A stretch of 64,000 nt of DNA from Limnochordaceae bacterium (GCA_014896305.1 JADBKQ010000002.1:65670-129669), one strand, 5' to 3'. Positions 38,285 through 46,915 are shown, counted from the first letter of the stretch. Notes: generated from the sequence alone by a model not told the origin. Numbers and translations: made by a program.

Positions 38285-38426
38285 GCCCTGGTTGATACCG
38301 GCTTCTTGGCCTATCCGCGCAAGGCAGCGACGTACTTGCCGGATGGGCTCTTTGTTCAGTTGGAGTGGCCTGTACGACAGGCCGCCGGTGACCGGTGAGG
38401 GGTCTGCCTAACAAGGAGTTTGACGT

Positions 38427-38699
38427 ATGGAGATTCGATTGATCAACATCGGATTTGGCAACATCGTTTCCGCCAATCGCATTGTGGCCATCGTGAGCCC
38501 CGAGTCTGCGCCGATCAAACGGATCGTGCAAGAGGCGCGAGATCAAGGGCGGTTGATCGACGCCACGTATGGGCGGCGCACCCGGGCGGTGATCATTACC
38601 GATAGTGATCACGTCATCCTGTCCGCTGTCCAACCGGAGACGGTTTCCAATCGCCTTGGTTCCAAGGATAGACTGGACGAACCGGACGTGGAGCCGTAG
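38427..38699 (+). CDS. remA: Extracellular-matrix/biofilm regulator RemA (DUF370)
   Basis: '[68 protein letters not shown]'. An AAGGAG SD lies upstream. Confidence 0.92.
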   Translation: MEIRLINIGFGNIVSANRIVAIVSPESAPIKRIVQEARDQGRLIDATYGRRTRAVIITDSDHVILSAVQPETVSNRLGSKDRLDEPDVEP

Positions 38700-38779
38700 A
38701 GTCTAACACAGATACCATTCACGTGGGAGTGGGTCTTAGACTATCGGGCCTTTGGGGGCGGAGAGGAAGACGAGGGCAG

Positions 38780-39487
38780 TTGGATACGGCTAGCCAGGTT
38801 TCTCATGACCCATGTAAGCCCATACGACGGGGGATTTTGCTGGTGGTCTCAGGGCCGTCAGGAGTGGGGAAGAACCGACTGATCACCGAATTGCGGCGGG
38901 TCATGCCCGATCTGCACTACTCGGTTTCGGCTACCACACGACCACCCCGCCCCGGTGAGATCGATGGAGTTCATTACTTTTTTCTCTCCCAGGAAGTCTT
39001 CGAGCAATGGAAGCAAGAAGGCCGCTTGCTGGAGTGGGCAGAGTATTGTGGCCACTACTATGGTACGCCGGCAGAGTATATCGAACACGAACTGGCGGCC
39101 GGGCAGACTGTAGTCATGGATGTAGAAACTTCGGGAGCCGCGCAGATCCGGCGGCGTCTTCCTGAGGCCGTCATGGTGTTTATCCTCCCCCCATCGCTGG
39201 CAGAGCTCAGGCACCGGCTGGAACTGCGTGGGACCGATGCGCCAGCCACCATTCTTAACCGTTTGCGGTCAGCCTACTCTGAGTTGCAAAAGATGCGGGA
39301 TTACGATTACGTGGTCTTGAACGACTCGCTGGAGACGGCCGTGAATAGCCTGGCGACCATCGTGCGGGCAGAACGACTGAAAGTGTCCCGCAGTGACTAC
39401 GGGCAGTTGCTGGAGACCATCCATCAGGAAACGCTGCGCTGGGAGGGACGCCTGGTGGAGGAGGGCGAGCATCCCTGTTCGGTGTAG
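38780..39487 (+). CDS. gmk: Guanylate kinase
   Basis: P-loop 'SGPSGVGK' and 'SATTRPPRPGEIDGVHYFF'. The start is uncertain (TTG 38780; the ORF is open from 38723). Confidence 0.88.
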   Translation: MDTASQVSHDPCKPIRRGILLVVSGPSGVGKNRLITELRRVMPDLHYSVSATTRPPRPGEIDGVHYFFLSQEVFEQWKQEGRLLEWAEYCGHYYGTPAEYIEHELAAGQTVVMDVETSGAAQIRRRLPEAVMVFILPPSLAELRHRLELRGTDAPATILNRLRSAYSELQKMRDYDYVVLNDSLETAVNSLATIVRAERLKVSRSDYGQLLETIHQETLRWEGRLVEEGEHPCSV

Positions 39488-39598
39488 TTTTGGCAGCTCA
39501 TGGTACAATACGGGTGGCCTGCTGGAAGAGTCGCAGGGACCGCCGCCGGGCTGTGCGGATGCCAGAGCACGCCAGGGGTGTTGCAAAGGAGGGTGGAT

Positions 39599-39814
39599 AT
39601 GTCCATTATCGATCAACCGCCGTTGGAGATTCTGCGGGAAAAAGTGGACAGTCGCTACACGTTGGTGGTGGTTACGGCCAAACGCGCGCGTGAGCTGGTC
39701 GACGGGGCACGGCCGCTAGTCGGCCCCGACGACAAAAAGCCGGTCAGTATCGCTCTGGAAGAGATTGCTGAGGGCAAGGTGAAATACGAACGGACGAAAG
39801 CCGCCCACCCATGA
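39599..39814 (+). CDS. rpoZ: DNA-directed RNA polymerase subunit omega
   Basis: 'LEILREKVDSRYTLVVVTAKRAREL'. ATG 39599 follows an AAGGAGGG SD. Confidence 0.9.
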   Translation: MSIIDQPPLEILREKVDSRYTLVVVTAKRARELVDGARPLVGPDDKKPVSIALEEIAEGKVKYERTKAAHP

Positions 39815-42303
39815 CGGAGCAGGAGTCATCTGGAGCTGCTTCCCCCGCTCCACCGGCGGATCGTTTTGCTCAGGTGGTCATCGATCATTCCGGCCCGCTG
39901 GGGTACCGCCCGCTGGACTACCGGGTGCCGTCTGATTGGCCAGAGAATCTGCGGGGCTGCCGGGTACGTGCGCCGCTGGGGCGACGCCAGGCGTGGGGAT
40001 GGATCGTGGGGCTATCCCAGCACAGCGCCATTCCGGCCCAGCAACTGCGGCCTTTGTCCCGTTTGCTCGACCCGGAGCCACTGCTCACTCCAGTACAGTT
40101 GACGCTCGCCCAGAAACTGGCAGAAGCCACGTTTTCCGCCTGGGCACAGACCTTGCGATTGGTCTCCCCGCCGGGGGGGTGGCCGGGCCAGCGACGGGGC
40201 GGAGCGGCTGTCGCCGAGAGCGCAGAGCAGGTCGAGGCGGAAGCCCAGACCGCGGCCAGCCTGGAGCTACTCGCTGAACCCGCAGACAGCCGTGGCCTGG
40301 GGGCCACCCCGTCTCCTGGTGACCTGCCGGTCGAGACGGGGCTTCCTCTGTCCGTCCTGCTTCACCTGCCCTCGGCTGAACTGGTGCTGCGGCCCAACCC
40401 GCAGATGCCGCCGGCGACGAGCACCCAAACCCTGGGGCGAGCTCCGGCGCGAGAACAGGCTTGGCGCGTATTGCAACAACAACCGGCTGACCAGTGGACG
40501 TCTGTCTCTTTTCTGATGCAACAGGCGAGGGTTTCACGCGCAGTCGTACTGGGGCTGCTCCGCACAGGCTGGGTACAGGCGGGCCGGCGGCTTCCACGGG
40601 GCACCAGCTACCGGGAGGGGCAAGTGGATGATGGGCCAGACACTCCTCCCACTTTGACAGCGGACCAGGCTCGTTGCCTGCAGCCCATCCTGGCGGCGCT
40701 GCAAACGCCTGGTACCCGCTCCCCAGAGTTCCTGCTCCACGGCATTACCGGCAGCGGCAAAACGGAGATCTACCTGCAGGCCATTGCAGCGGTTCTGGCC
40801 ATGGGCCGCGGCGCGATCGTTCTCGTTCCGGAAATCGCCCTGACTCCGCAGACGGTCCGCCGCTTTGAGCGTCGGTTCGGAACCGAGCAGGTGGCGGTCC
40901 TTCATCATCGCCTGCCGGATCGGCAGCGGCGGGAGGAATGGCTGAGGATTCGCCGGGGGAAGGCCCGGGTGGTCATCGGGGCCCGCTCCGCCATCTTTGC
41001 CCCTGTCGATCGGCTGGGGCTGGTGGTGGTCGACGAGGAGCACGAACCCTCCTATAAGCAGGAAGAAGCCCCGCGATACCATGCGCGGGACGTGGCCCGG
41101 CTCCGGGCGCAGCTCGAGGGGGCTGTGCTCGTCCTGGGCTCCGCCACGCCCGCCCTGGAGACTTACTTTGCTGCTCGCCAAGGGCGGAGTTTGCTGCTGC
41201 TTTTGCCCGAGCGGATCGAACGACGACCCCTGCCCCAAATCCGGCTGGTGGACCTGCGCCGTGAGCCCGGAGCCCGTCTGGGACAACCTTTCAGCCGACT
41301 GCTCAGCGAACAAATGCAGGCTCAGGTGGACGCGGGGCATCAGGTGATCCTCTTTTTGAACCGCCGTGGGCTAGCCTCTTTTCTGCTATGCCGGGATTGC
41401 GGCCAGGTAGTGGAGTGCCCGAACTGCCGGGTTTCGCTTACCTACCACGGGCGTCCTCCGTTATTGTGTTGCCACTACTGCGGCCGTGAGGAGCCGGTGC
41501 CCGAGCGCTGCCCGGCGTGCGGTTCGACCGGGTTGCGGCCGTGGGGGATCGGGACGGAGAAGGTGGAGCAGGCCGCTGCTGCTCTGCTGCCCCGGGCGCG
41601 AGTGGCCCGTTTGGACCTGGATACGACCCGGCGGCAGGGGGCGTACGAGGAGATTCTGGGCGCCTTTGCCCGGCACGAGATCGATGTGCTGGTCGGCACA
41701 CAGATGGTCGCGAAGGGACTGGATTTCCCCGATGTGACCCTGGTGGGCGTCGTGGCCGCCGACACCGGCCTGGGTTTCCCCGATTTTCGTTCCGCCGAGC
41801 GGACCTTCCAGCTCTTGACCCAGGTCTCCGGTAGGGCGGGACGATCCGCCGCTGGCGGCCAAGTCATCATTCAGACGTACAACCCGGAACACTACGCCAT
41901 TGTCCGGGCCAGCCACTACGATTACCTCGGCTTCTACCGGGAGGAGCTGGCTTTACGGCGTACCCTGCGGTACCCGCCCTTTACGGAATTGGCCCGGCTG
42001 CTGGTCCGGCAACCCACCGAACAGGCCGCCCGTGAACAGGCGCAGGAGGCGGTTCACCTGCTGGAGGAGCTGGGGGCGGTACGGGCCGAGCGGCTCGGAC
42101 CCGCCGGCTTGTCGCAAGGACAGGTGGAGATCGTGGGCCCGGCACCGGCGCCCCTCTCCCGGTTACAAGGGAAGTACCGTTGGCATCTTCTATTGAAGGC
42201 CTGGACCCGGGCAGACATCCTTCATCTGCTGCAGCGGGCGGCCGCCCGCTCGCCTCATATCCGTCAGTGGGTGGTCGACATCGCGCCGCTGTCGCTCATG
42301 TAG
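39811..42303 (+). CDS. priA: Primosomal protein N' (replication restart helicase)
   Basis: Walker A 'GITGSGKTE', 'VVVDEEHE', and the Cys-rich zinc region 'CRDCGQVVECPNCRVSLTYH..CHYCG..CPACG'. There is an ATGA overlap with rpoZ. Confidence 0.92.
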   Translation: MTEQESSGAASPAPPADRFAQVVIDHSGPLGYRPLDYRVPSDWPENLRGCRVRAPLGRRQAWGWIVGLSQHSAIPAQQLRPLSRLLDPEPLLTPVQLTLAQKLAEATFSAWAQTLRLVSPPGGWPGQRRGGAAVAESAEQVEAEAQTAASLELLAEPADSRGLGATPSPGDLPVETGLPLSVLLHLPSAELVLRPNPQMPPATSTQTLGRAPAREQAWRVLQQQPADQWTSVSFLMQQARVSRAVVLGLLRTGWVQAGRRLPRGTSYREGQVDDGPDTPPTLTADQARCLQPILAALQTPGTRSPEFLLHGITGSGKTEIYLQAIAAVLAMGRGAIVLVPEIALTPQTVRRFERRFGTEQVAVLHHRLPDRQRREEWLRIRRGKARVVIGARSAIFAPVDRLGLVVVDEEHEPSYKQEEAPRYHARDVARLRAQLEGAVLVLGSATPALETYFAARQGRSLLLLLPERIERRPLPQIRLVDLRREPGARLGQPFSRLLSEQMQAQVDAGHQVILFLNRRGLASFLLCRDCGQVVECPNCRVSLTYHGRPPLLCCHYCGREEPVPERCPACGSTGLRPWGIGTEKVEQAAAALLPRARVARLDLDTTRRQGAYEEILGAFARHEIDVLVGTQMVAKGLDFPDVTLVGVVAADTGLGFPDFRSAERTFQLLTQVSGRAGRSAAGGQVIIQTYNPEHYAIVRASHYDYLGFYREELALRRTLRYPPFTELARLLVRQPTEQAAREQAQEAVHLLEELGAVRAERLGPAGLSQGQVEIVGPAPAPLSRLQGKYRWHLLLKAWTRADILHLLQRAAARSPHIRQWVVDIAPLSLM

Positions 42304-42417
42304 GGGGTCAGGGACAGCTGGTGAACGAGTTGCGGGGAGTGCAGGCCGTCACCGGTCCGGTCGAAACATGATAAACTGACAATTGTAAGCGGGAAACTAG
42401 ACAAAGGAGGGGAGTGC

Positions 42418-42987
42418 ATGGCAGCGTTGACCATCCGGGTCGAAGGCGACCCGGTGCTGCGCCAGGTAGCCCGGCCCGTCCGGAAGGTAACCCGGCGCCT
42501 GCAGCGATTGATTCGGGATATGCGGGAGACGATGTACGCTCACGACGGGGTAGGGCTGGCCGCTCCCCAGGTCGGGATTTCCGAGCGAGTGATCGTGGTG
42601 GACGCTGGCAGTGGATTCATCGCCCTGGTGAACCCGAAGATCGTTCACCAGGAGGGGGTCAGCGTGGACGTGGAGGGGTGCTTGAGCATTCCTGGCGTGC
42701 TGGGATATGTGGAGCGGGCTGCTCGGGTGGAAGTAACCGGCTGGGATGAGAATGGGCAGGATAGGCGGGTAGAGGCGACCGGCCTGCTGGCTCGGGCTCT
42801 GCAACACGAGATCGACCATCTGGACGGAGTATTGTTCATCGACAAGGCCACGGCTGTGTTCAAGGAGGAGGCCGTGCGGACGCGTCAGGTGGCCGCCCCC
42901 CGCGGGGGCGATGCGGCCGGCGAGCCGGAGGTCTTCTCTTCGGTGGCGGCGGCCCGTTCAGACCTACATTCCACGGAAGGAGCCTGA
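42418..42987 (+). CDS. def: Peptide deformylase
   Basis: The three signature motifs 'GVGLAAPQVG', 'EGCLSIPG' and 'QHEIDHLDG' are present. A strong AAAGGAGGGGAG SD lies upstream. Confidence 0.93.
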   Translation: MAALTIRVEGDPVLRQVARPVRKVTRRLQRLIRDMRETMYAHDGVGLAAPQVGISERVIVVDAGSGFIALVNPKIVHQEGVSVDVEGCLSIPGVLGYVERAARVEVTGWDENGQDRRVEATGLLARALQHEIDHLDGVLFIDKATAVFKEEAVRTRQVAAPRGGDAAGEPEVFSSVAAARSDLHSTEGA

Positions 42988-42994
42988 CTTTGGC

Positions 42995-43975
42995 GTGCGG
43001 GTGCTCTTTTTCGGAACGCCCTCGTTTGCCTTGCCCAGCCTGGAGGCGCTGGTTTCGTCCGGCCGCTTCGACCTTCGGCTGGTGGTGACGCAGCCTGACC
43101 GGCCGGGAGGGCGGGGTCGGCGTCTCGTCCCGCCGCCGGTGAAGGGGTATGCCCTGCGGCAGGGCCTACCGGTCCTGCAGCCCGAACGGCTTTCGCAGGT
43201 ACGGGCGGCGATCGAGGCCGAGCCGGTGGACGCTGCCTGTGTGGTCGCGTTCGGGCAGAAGATTCCCCGCTGGCTCTTGCGCCACCCGCGGTGGGGGTGC
43301 ATCAATGTGCACCCCTCCCTGCTTCCGCGGTGGCGGGGGGCAGCCCCGGTAGCCGCTGCTCTGCTGGCCGGCGACACCCGCACCGGGGTGACCACGATGC
43401 AGTTGGATGAGGGCTGGGATACCGGTCCCATCCTTCTTCAGAAAGAAGTGGAGATTCTTCCGGGGGAGACGCGGGGCGAGCTGGAAGAGCGCCTGGCACA
43501 GTTGGGGGCCGGCTTGCTTCTTCGAACTCTGGACGGATTGGCGGCGGGGCAGATCGCGCCTCGGCCGCAGCCGGAGGAGGGCGCGTGCTACGCCCCCCGG
43601 GTCGACCCGGCGGCGGGAGAACTCGATTTTACCCGGCCCGCGGTGGAACTGGCGCGGCAGGTGCAGGCGTACTGGCCCGACCCGGCGGCGTTCACCTTTA
43701 TCGAGGGAGAGCGGGTGCGGATTGCCCGCGCACGTGCCCGGGTAGCAGAGGGAACGGAAACGACGGCCGTGAGGCAGCCCGGCGACAGTGAGGTCGGGCC
43801 ACCCGGATCCGTGGTACGTTCGGATGGAGAGCTATGGGTAGCGACCGGGACGGGCGAACTCATCATCGAACAGTTGCAGCCGGCGGGCAAACGGGTGATG
43901 GCGGCGGCAGAGTACTTACGAGGCCATCCCCTGACCCCAGGGACGCAGTTGGGCCGGGACCCGAGACGATCTTGA
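42995..43975 (+). CDS. fmt: Methionyl-tRNA formyltransferase
   Basis: Motifs 'MRVLFFGTPSFA', 'VTQPDRPGGRG' and 'NVHPSLLPRWRGAAP'. The start is GTG 42995. Confidence 0.92.
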   Translation: MRVLFFGTPSFALPSLEALVSSGRFDLRLVVTQPDRPGGRGRRLVPPPVKGYALRQGLPVLQPERLSQVRAAIEAEPVDAACVVAFGQKIPRWLLRHPRWGCINVHPSLLPRWRGAAPVAAALLAGDTRTGVTTMQLDEGWDTGPILLQKEVEILPGETRGELEERLAQLGAGLLLRTLDGLAAGQIAPRPQPEEGACYAPRVDPAAGELDFTRPAVELARQVQAYWPDPAAFTFIEGERVRIARARARVAEGTETTAVRQPGDSEVGPPGSVVRSDGELWVATGTGELIIEQLQPAGKRVMAAAEYLRGHPLTPGTQLGRDPRRS

Positions 43976-43976
43976 T

Positions 43977-45329
43977 ATGGCTCAGGAAGGTTTGGCCGCA
44001 CGGCGGGCTGCAGTGCAAGTGTTGACGGCGGTGGACGAAGCGGCCGCCTTCTCCCCGCTCAGCCTGCACGCGGCGATGGAACGGGCCCAACTGGACGCTC
44101 GCGACCGGAGCTTTGCTGCTCTCCTTGTGTACGGCACATTGCGCTGGCGGGGTCGCCTGGACTGGGAGTTGCAGCACTACTTGCGCCAACCGTTCGCCAA
44201 ACTGCCCCCGCCTGTCCGGAACGTGCTGCGCCTCGGGCTGTACCAGTTGCGCTTTGCCAGCTCGGTACCGGCGTCCGCGGCGGTCAGCACCAGCGTCGAG
44301 CTGTCCCGGCGGCTGGGCTACCCGGGGCTGGCCCAGCTGGTGAACGCCGTCCTCCGGCGAGCCAGCGCCACCGACCCAGGCCCGTGGCTGCCTGACCCAG
44401 CCCAGGACCCTACGGGTTACCTGTCCATCACCGGTTCGCACCCCCGCTGGCTGGTGGAACGATGGTTGCAGCGGCTCGGCTTTGACGAGACCGAGGCGCT
44501 GCTGGCTGCCAACAATGAATCTCCCCCTATCTCCCTGCGGACGAATCTCCTGCGTATCTCCGCTCCTGATTTGCTCGCTCGCCTGCGGGCCGAGGGGCTG
44601 CCAGCCGAGCCGAGCCCCCTTGTCCCGGAAGGCATTCGGGTGCATGGGTTCCCCCGGTTGGAACAATCCTCCTTGTTTCAGCAAGGACTTTTTCAGGTTC
44701 AGGATGACAGTTCGATGCTGGTCGCTTACGCGGTGGACCCCCGGCCGGGACAGACCGTCCTCGATCTGTGCAGCGCTCCCGGTGGCAAGAGCACTCACCT
44801 GGGGGAGCGGCTGGGCAATACGGGACGGGTGATCGCTTTTGACCCAAACCCGAGGAAGTTGCAACTGGTGCAGGAGGCGGCCCGGCGTTTGGGGTTGACC
44901 AATGTATACACGCAGGTGGCGGACGCCCGGGAAGTCCGGGGCCCGCAAGCTCCCCGAGTCCTGGTCGATGCCCCTTGCACGGGCCTGGGAGTCATTCGCC
45001 GTCGACCTGAATTGCGGTGGCGACAACGACCCGACCACCTCCCTGAGCTGGTTCGTCTGCAAAAAGAGATCCTGACGGCCGCAGCTCGACTGGTAGCTCC
45101 GGGGGGGCGCCTCGTCTACAGCACATGCACGACGGAACCTGAGGAAAACGAGGACAATGTAGAGTGGTTTGGACGGCAGTTCCCGGAATTCACGCTGGAG
45201 CCGATCGTGCCCTCCCTACCGGAACCGGCCTGCAGCCGGATTTCCTCAGACCGTCCATACCTCCGACTATGGCCCCACCGCCACGGTAGCGATGGGTTTT
45301 TCGTCGCTCGCTGGCGCCGGCAAGCGTAA
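43977..45329 (+). CDS. rsmB: 16S rRNA (cytosine967-C5)-methyltransferase
   Basis: A NusB-like N-domain, the SAM motif 'DLCSAPGGKSTHL', and the catalytic Cys motifs 'DAPCTGLGVIRRRPE' and 'YSTCT'. Confidence 0.9.
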   Translation: MAQEGLAARRAAVQVLTAVDEAAAFSPLSLHAAMERAQLDARDRSFAALLVYGTLRWRGRLDWELQHYLRQPFAKLPPPVRNVLRLGLYQLRFASSVPASAAVSTSVELSRRLGYPGLAQLVNAVLRRASATDPGPWLPDPAQDPTGYLSITGSHPRWLVERWLQRLGFDETEALLAANNESPPISLRTNLLRISAPDLLARLRAEGLPAEPSPLVPEGIRVHGFPRLEQSSLFQQGLFQVQDDSSMLVAYAVDPRPGQTVLDLCSAPGGKSTHLGERLGNTGRVIAFDPNPRKLQLVQEAARRLGLTNVYTQVADAREVRGPQAPRVLVDAPCTGLGVIRRRPELRWRQRPDHLPELVRLQKEILTAAARLVAPGGRLVYSTCTTEPEENEDNVEWFGRQFPEFTLEPIVPSLPEPACSRISSDRPYLRLWPHRHGSDGFFVARWRRQA

Positions 45330-45493
45330 CCCGGCGGATCCAGAAAAAATGGGGAACTTGCAGGTGAATGCGGCAGAGTGCCGAACTATGCATGTTGTTT
45401 GAGCATTGCTCTTTTTGCCATACGGGTGGAGCAATGCAGAAACGGCCGATGGCCTGCTGGCCTCAAACCTATCCAAAATCGAGGTGACAAGGA

Positions 45494-46483
45494 TTGGCAC
45501 CGATTCGGATTCTCCTGGCTGATAACAACCTGGCCCTCTGCCAGCTATTGGAGGAGTACCTTAATCAGCAGGAGGACATGGAGGTCGTTGGGAAGGTTTT
45601 CGACGGAGTTCAGGCTCTGGAAGCCATCGAAGGGGAGGATCCCGACGTCGTTTTGCTGGACGTCACCATGCCTCAGTTGGACGGCCTGGCAGTCATGGAA
45701 CGTCTGCCGCAACTGCATTTATCCACGTTGCCCCATGTCATCGTTCTGACGGCGTTTGGGCGGGAGGACATCCTGCAACGCTTCACTGAGTTGGGAGCAG
45801 ACTATTTTATCGTCAAACCGGTGGACCTGGAGCTGTTGACCCGCCGGGTGCGGGAGTTTGGTCGCCAGCCGCGTCGGCCGCTGCCATCGCCGGGCAACTG
45901 GAGTGCCCAGGAAGCGGCTGCAGCCTTGGTCAGCGATACGGTGACTGGTGCTGCACCGGCAGACACCAGTGCTCCCAGCGGTCTGACGGGATTGGGAACC
46001 ACCGAGGTGCCGGCGTCGTCGGTCTATGCCAACGCTGGACTGGGGGTCCGTAGCGGGCCTACCCCCCTGTGGCGTTCCGAGCGCCGCGATAATACCAGAC
46101 CCCGGCCCGAAGTGCAGGTCACCTTGTTGTTGCACCAGATGGGGGTGCCGCCCCATTTCAAGGGATTCATGTACCTGCGGGACGCTGTCTTGCTGACCCT
46201 GTCCGACGAGACGCTCATCGGCGGCGGACTCACGAAGGAGTTGTACCCCCGCCTGGGCCAGCAGCACGCCGCGACCGCGGGGGCGGTGGAGGCGGCCATC
46301 CGTAATGCGATCACGGCGGCCTGGCAACGGGGCAACCGCGCGTTCATGCAGGAGTTGATCTCCGGTACGTCCTTCCCCCGCTCCGAACGGACCCCTACCA
46401 ACTCCTTGGTCATCGCCAAACTGGCTGATCGGATCCGACTGGGTGACTTGTGGCCCGTGGTCGCGCAAAAAGGCGAGCCGTAA
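45494..46483 (+). CDS. spo0A: Sporulation master response regulator Spo0A
   Basis: The receiver domain reads 'RILLADNN...DVVLLDVTMPQLDGLAV...VIVLTAFGRED...YFIVKP'. The Spo0A-specific C-domain reads 'HQMGVPPHFKGFMYLRDAV...ELYP...AVEAAIRNAITAAWQRGN...PTNSLVIAKLADRIRL'. The start is TTG, 6 nt after GAGGTGA. Confidence 0.9.
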   Translation: MAPIRILLADNNLALCQLLEEYLNQQEDMEVVGKVFDGVQALEAIEGEDPDVVLLDVTMPQLDGLAVMERLPQLHLSTLPHVIVLTAFGREDILQRFTELGADYFIVKPVDLELLTRRVREFGRQPRRPLPSPGNWSAQEAAAALVSDTVTGAAPADTSAPSGLTGLGTTEVPASSVYANAGLGVRSGPTPLWRSERRDNTRPRPEVQVTLLLHQMGVPPHFKGFMYLRDAVLLTLSDETLIGGGLTKELYPRLGQQHAATAGAVEAAIRNAITAAWQRGNRAFMQELISGTSFPRSERTPTNSLVIAKLADRIRLGDLWPVVAQKGEP

Positions 46484-46492
46484 TGGCTCGCC
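46467..46492. terminator. Bidirectional hairpin terminator spanning the spo0A stop codon
   Basis: An 8-bp perfect stem pairs GGCGAGCC with GGCTCGCC, and the 5-nt loop contains the spo0A TAA. On the minus strand it is followed by TTTTT (46467-46471), i.e. directly downstream of tRNA-Pro. On the plus strand only TT follows. Confidence 0.5.
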
Positions 46493-46500
46493 TTAAAAAG

Positions 46501-46577
46501 TGGTCGGGGCGACTGGACTTGAACCAGCGGCCTCACGGTCCCGAACCGTGCGCTCTACCAAGCTGAGCTACGCCCCG
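46501..46577 (-). tRNA. tRNA-Pro (anticodon CGG), CCA encoded
   Basis: The reverse complement folds as a canonical 77-nt cloverleaf: acceptor CGGGGCG/CGCCCCG, D stem GCTC/GAGC, anticodon stem CACGG/CCGTG with loop TTCGGGA, T arm GCTGG-TTCAAGT-CCAGT, and a 3' ACCA. Confidence 0.9.
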
Positions 46578-46621
46578 TCAACGATCCCGTTGCCCGCACG
46601 AGCATGATCAACATGATCAGT

Positions 46622-46915
46622 CTACTGATCAGGCCGCTTCCTGTCAACGGGGGATGTACGAATCGGTGCGACGGTAGGGGGCGCGGGCCTCTGCATCCAG
46701 GCCAAAAACCGCTCCAGGGACCTGCGTACCTGCCGTCGATACGGCAGGCTGTCCGTCCGCTGCAGAAACTCCTCGATGTCATCCGGGCGGGTCCGGGACA
46801 GTAGAAAACGGCAAAAGCGGCTGGCGTCGCCCACGGCCCGCTCTTCGGCAGCAACCCGCTCCTGGAGTAGATAGGCCAGGTATGCCTCCAGAAAGTACAC
46901 TCGCCCTTTGTACAT
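46622..46915 (-). CDS. Hypothetical 97-aa protein with no family recognised
   Basis: ATG 46915 lies 5 nt after GGGAG. Third-position GC is fairly high. The protein 'MYKGRVYFLEAYLAYLLQERVAAEERAVGD...' is helical and Arg-rich. It is co-oriented with, and upstream of, tRNA-Pro. Confidence 0.5.
   Translation of the reverse strand: MYKGRVYFLEAYLAYLLQERVAAEERAVGDASRFCRFLLSRTRPDDIEEFLQRTDSLPYRRQVRRSLERFLAWMQRPAPPTVAPIRTSPVDRKRPDQ

Noticed and set aside
43863-45062. 399-aa minus-strand ORF opposite rsmB
   Set aside because: It is an antisense shadow ORF. rsmB on the + strand has the SAM and catalytic-Cys motifs.
45341-45371. Sigma-H-type promoter upstream of spo0A (AGAAAAAA ... GGTGAAT)
   Set aside because: The -35 has AGAA instead of AGGA, the spacer is about 14 nt rather than 11-12, and the -10 lacks the trailing A/T residues. 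The match is too weak to call.
46435-46450. att-like partial repeat of the tRNA-Pro 3' half inside the spo0A 3' end (CGACTGG-gtg-ACTTG versus tRNA CGACTGGACTTG)
   Set aside because: It amounts to only 12 matching nt interrupted by a 3-nt gap, 55 nt from the tRNA. There is no integrase or other mobile-element gene. It is most likely chance.
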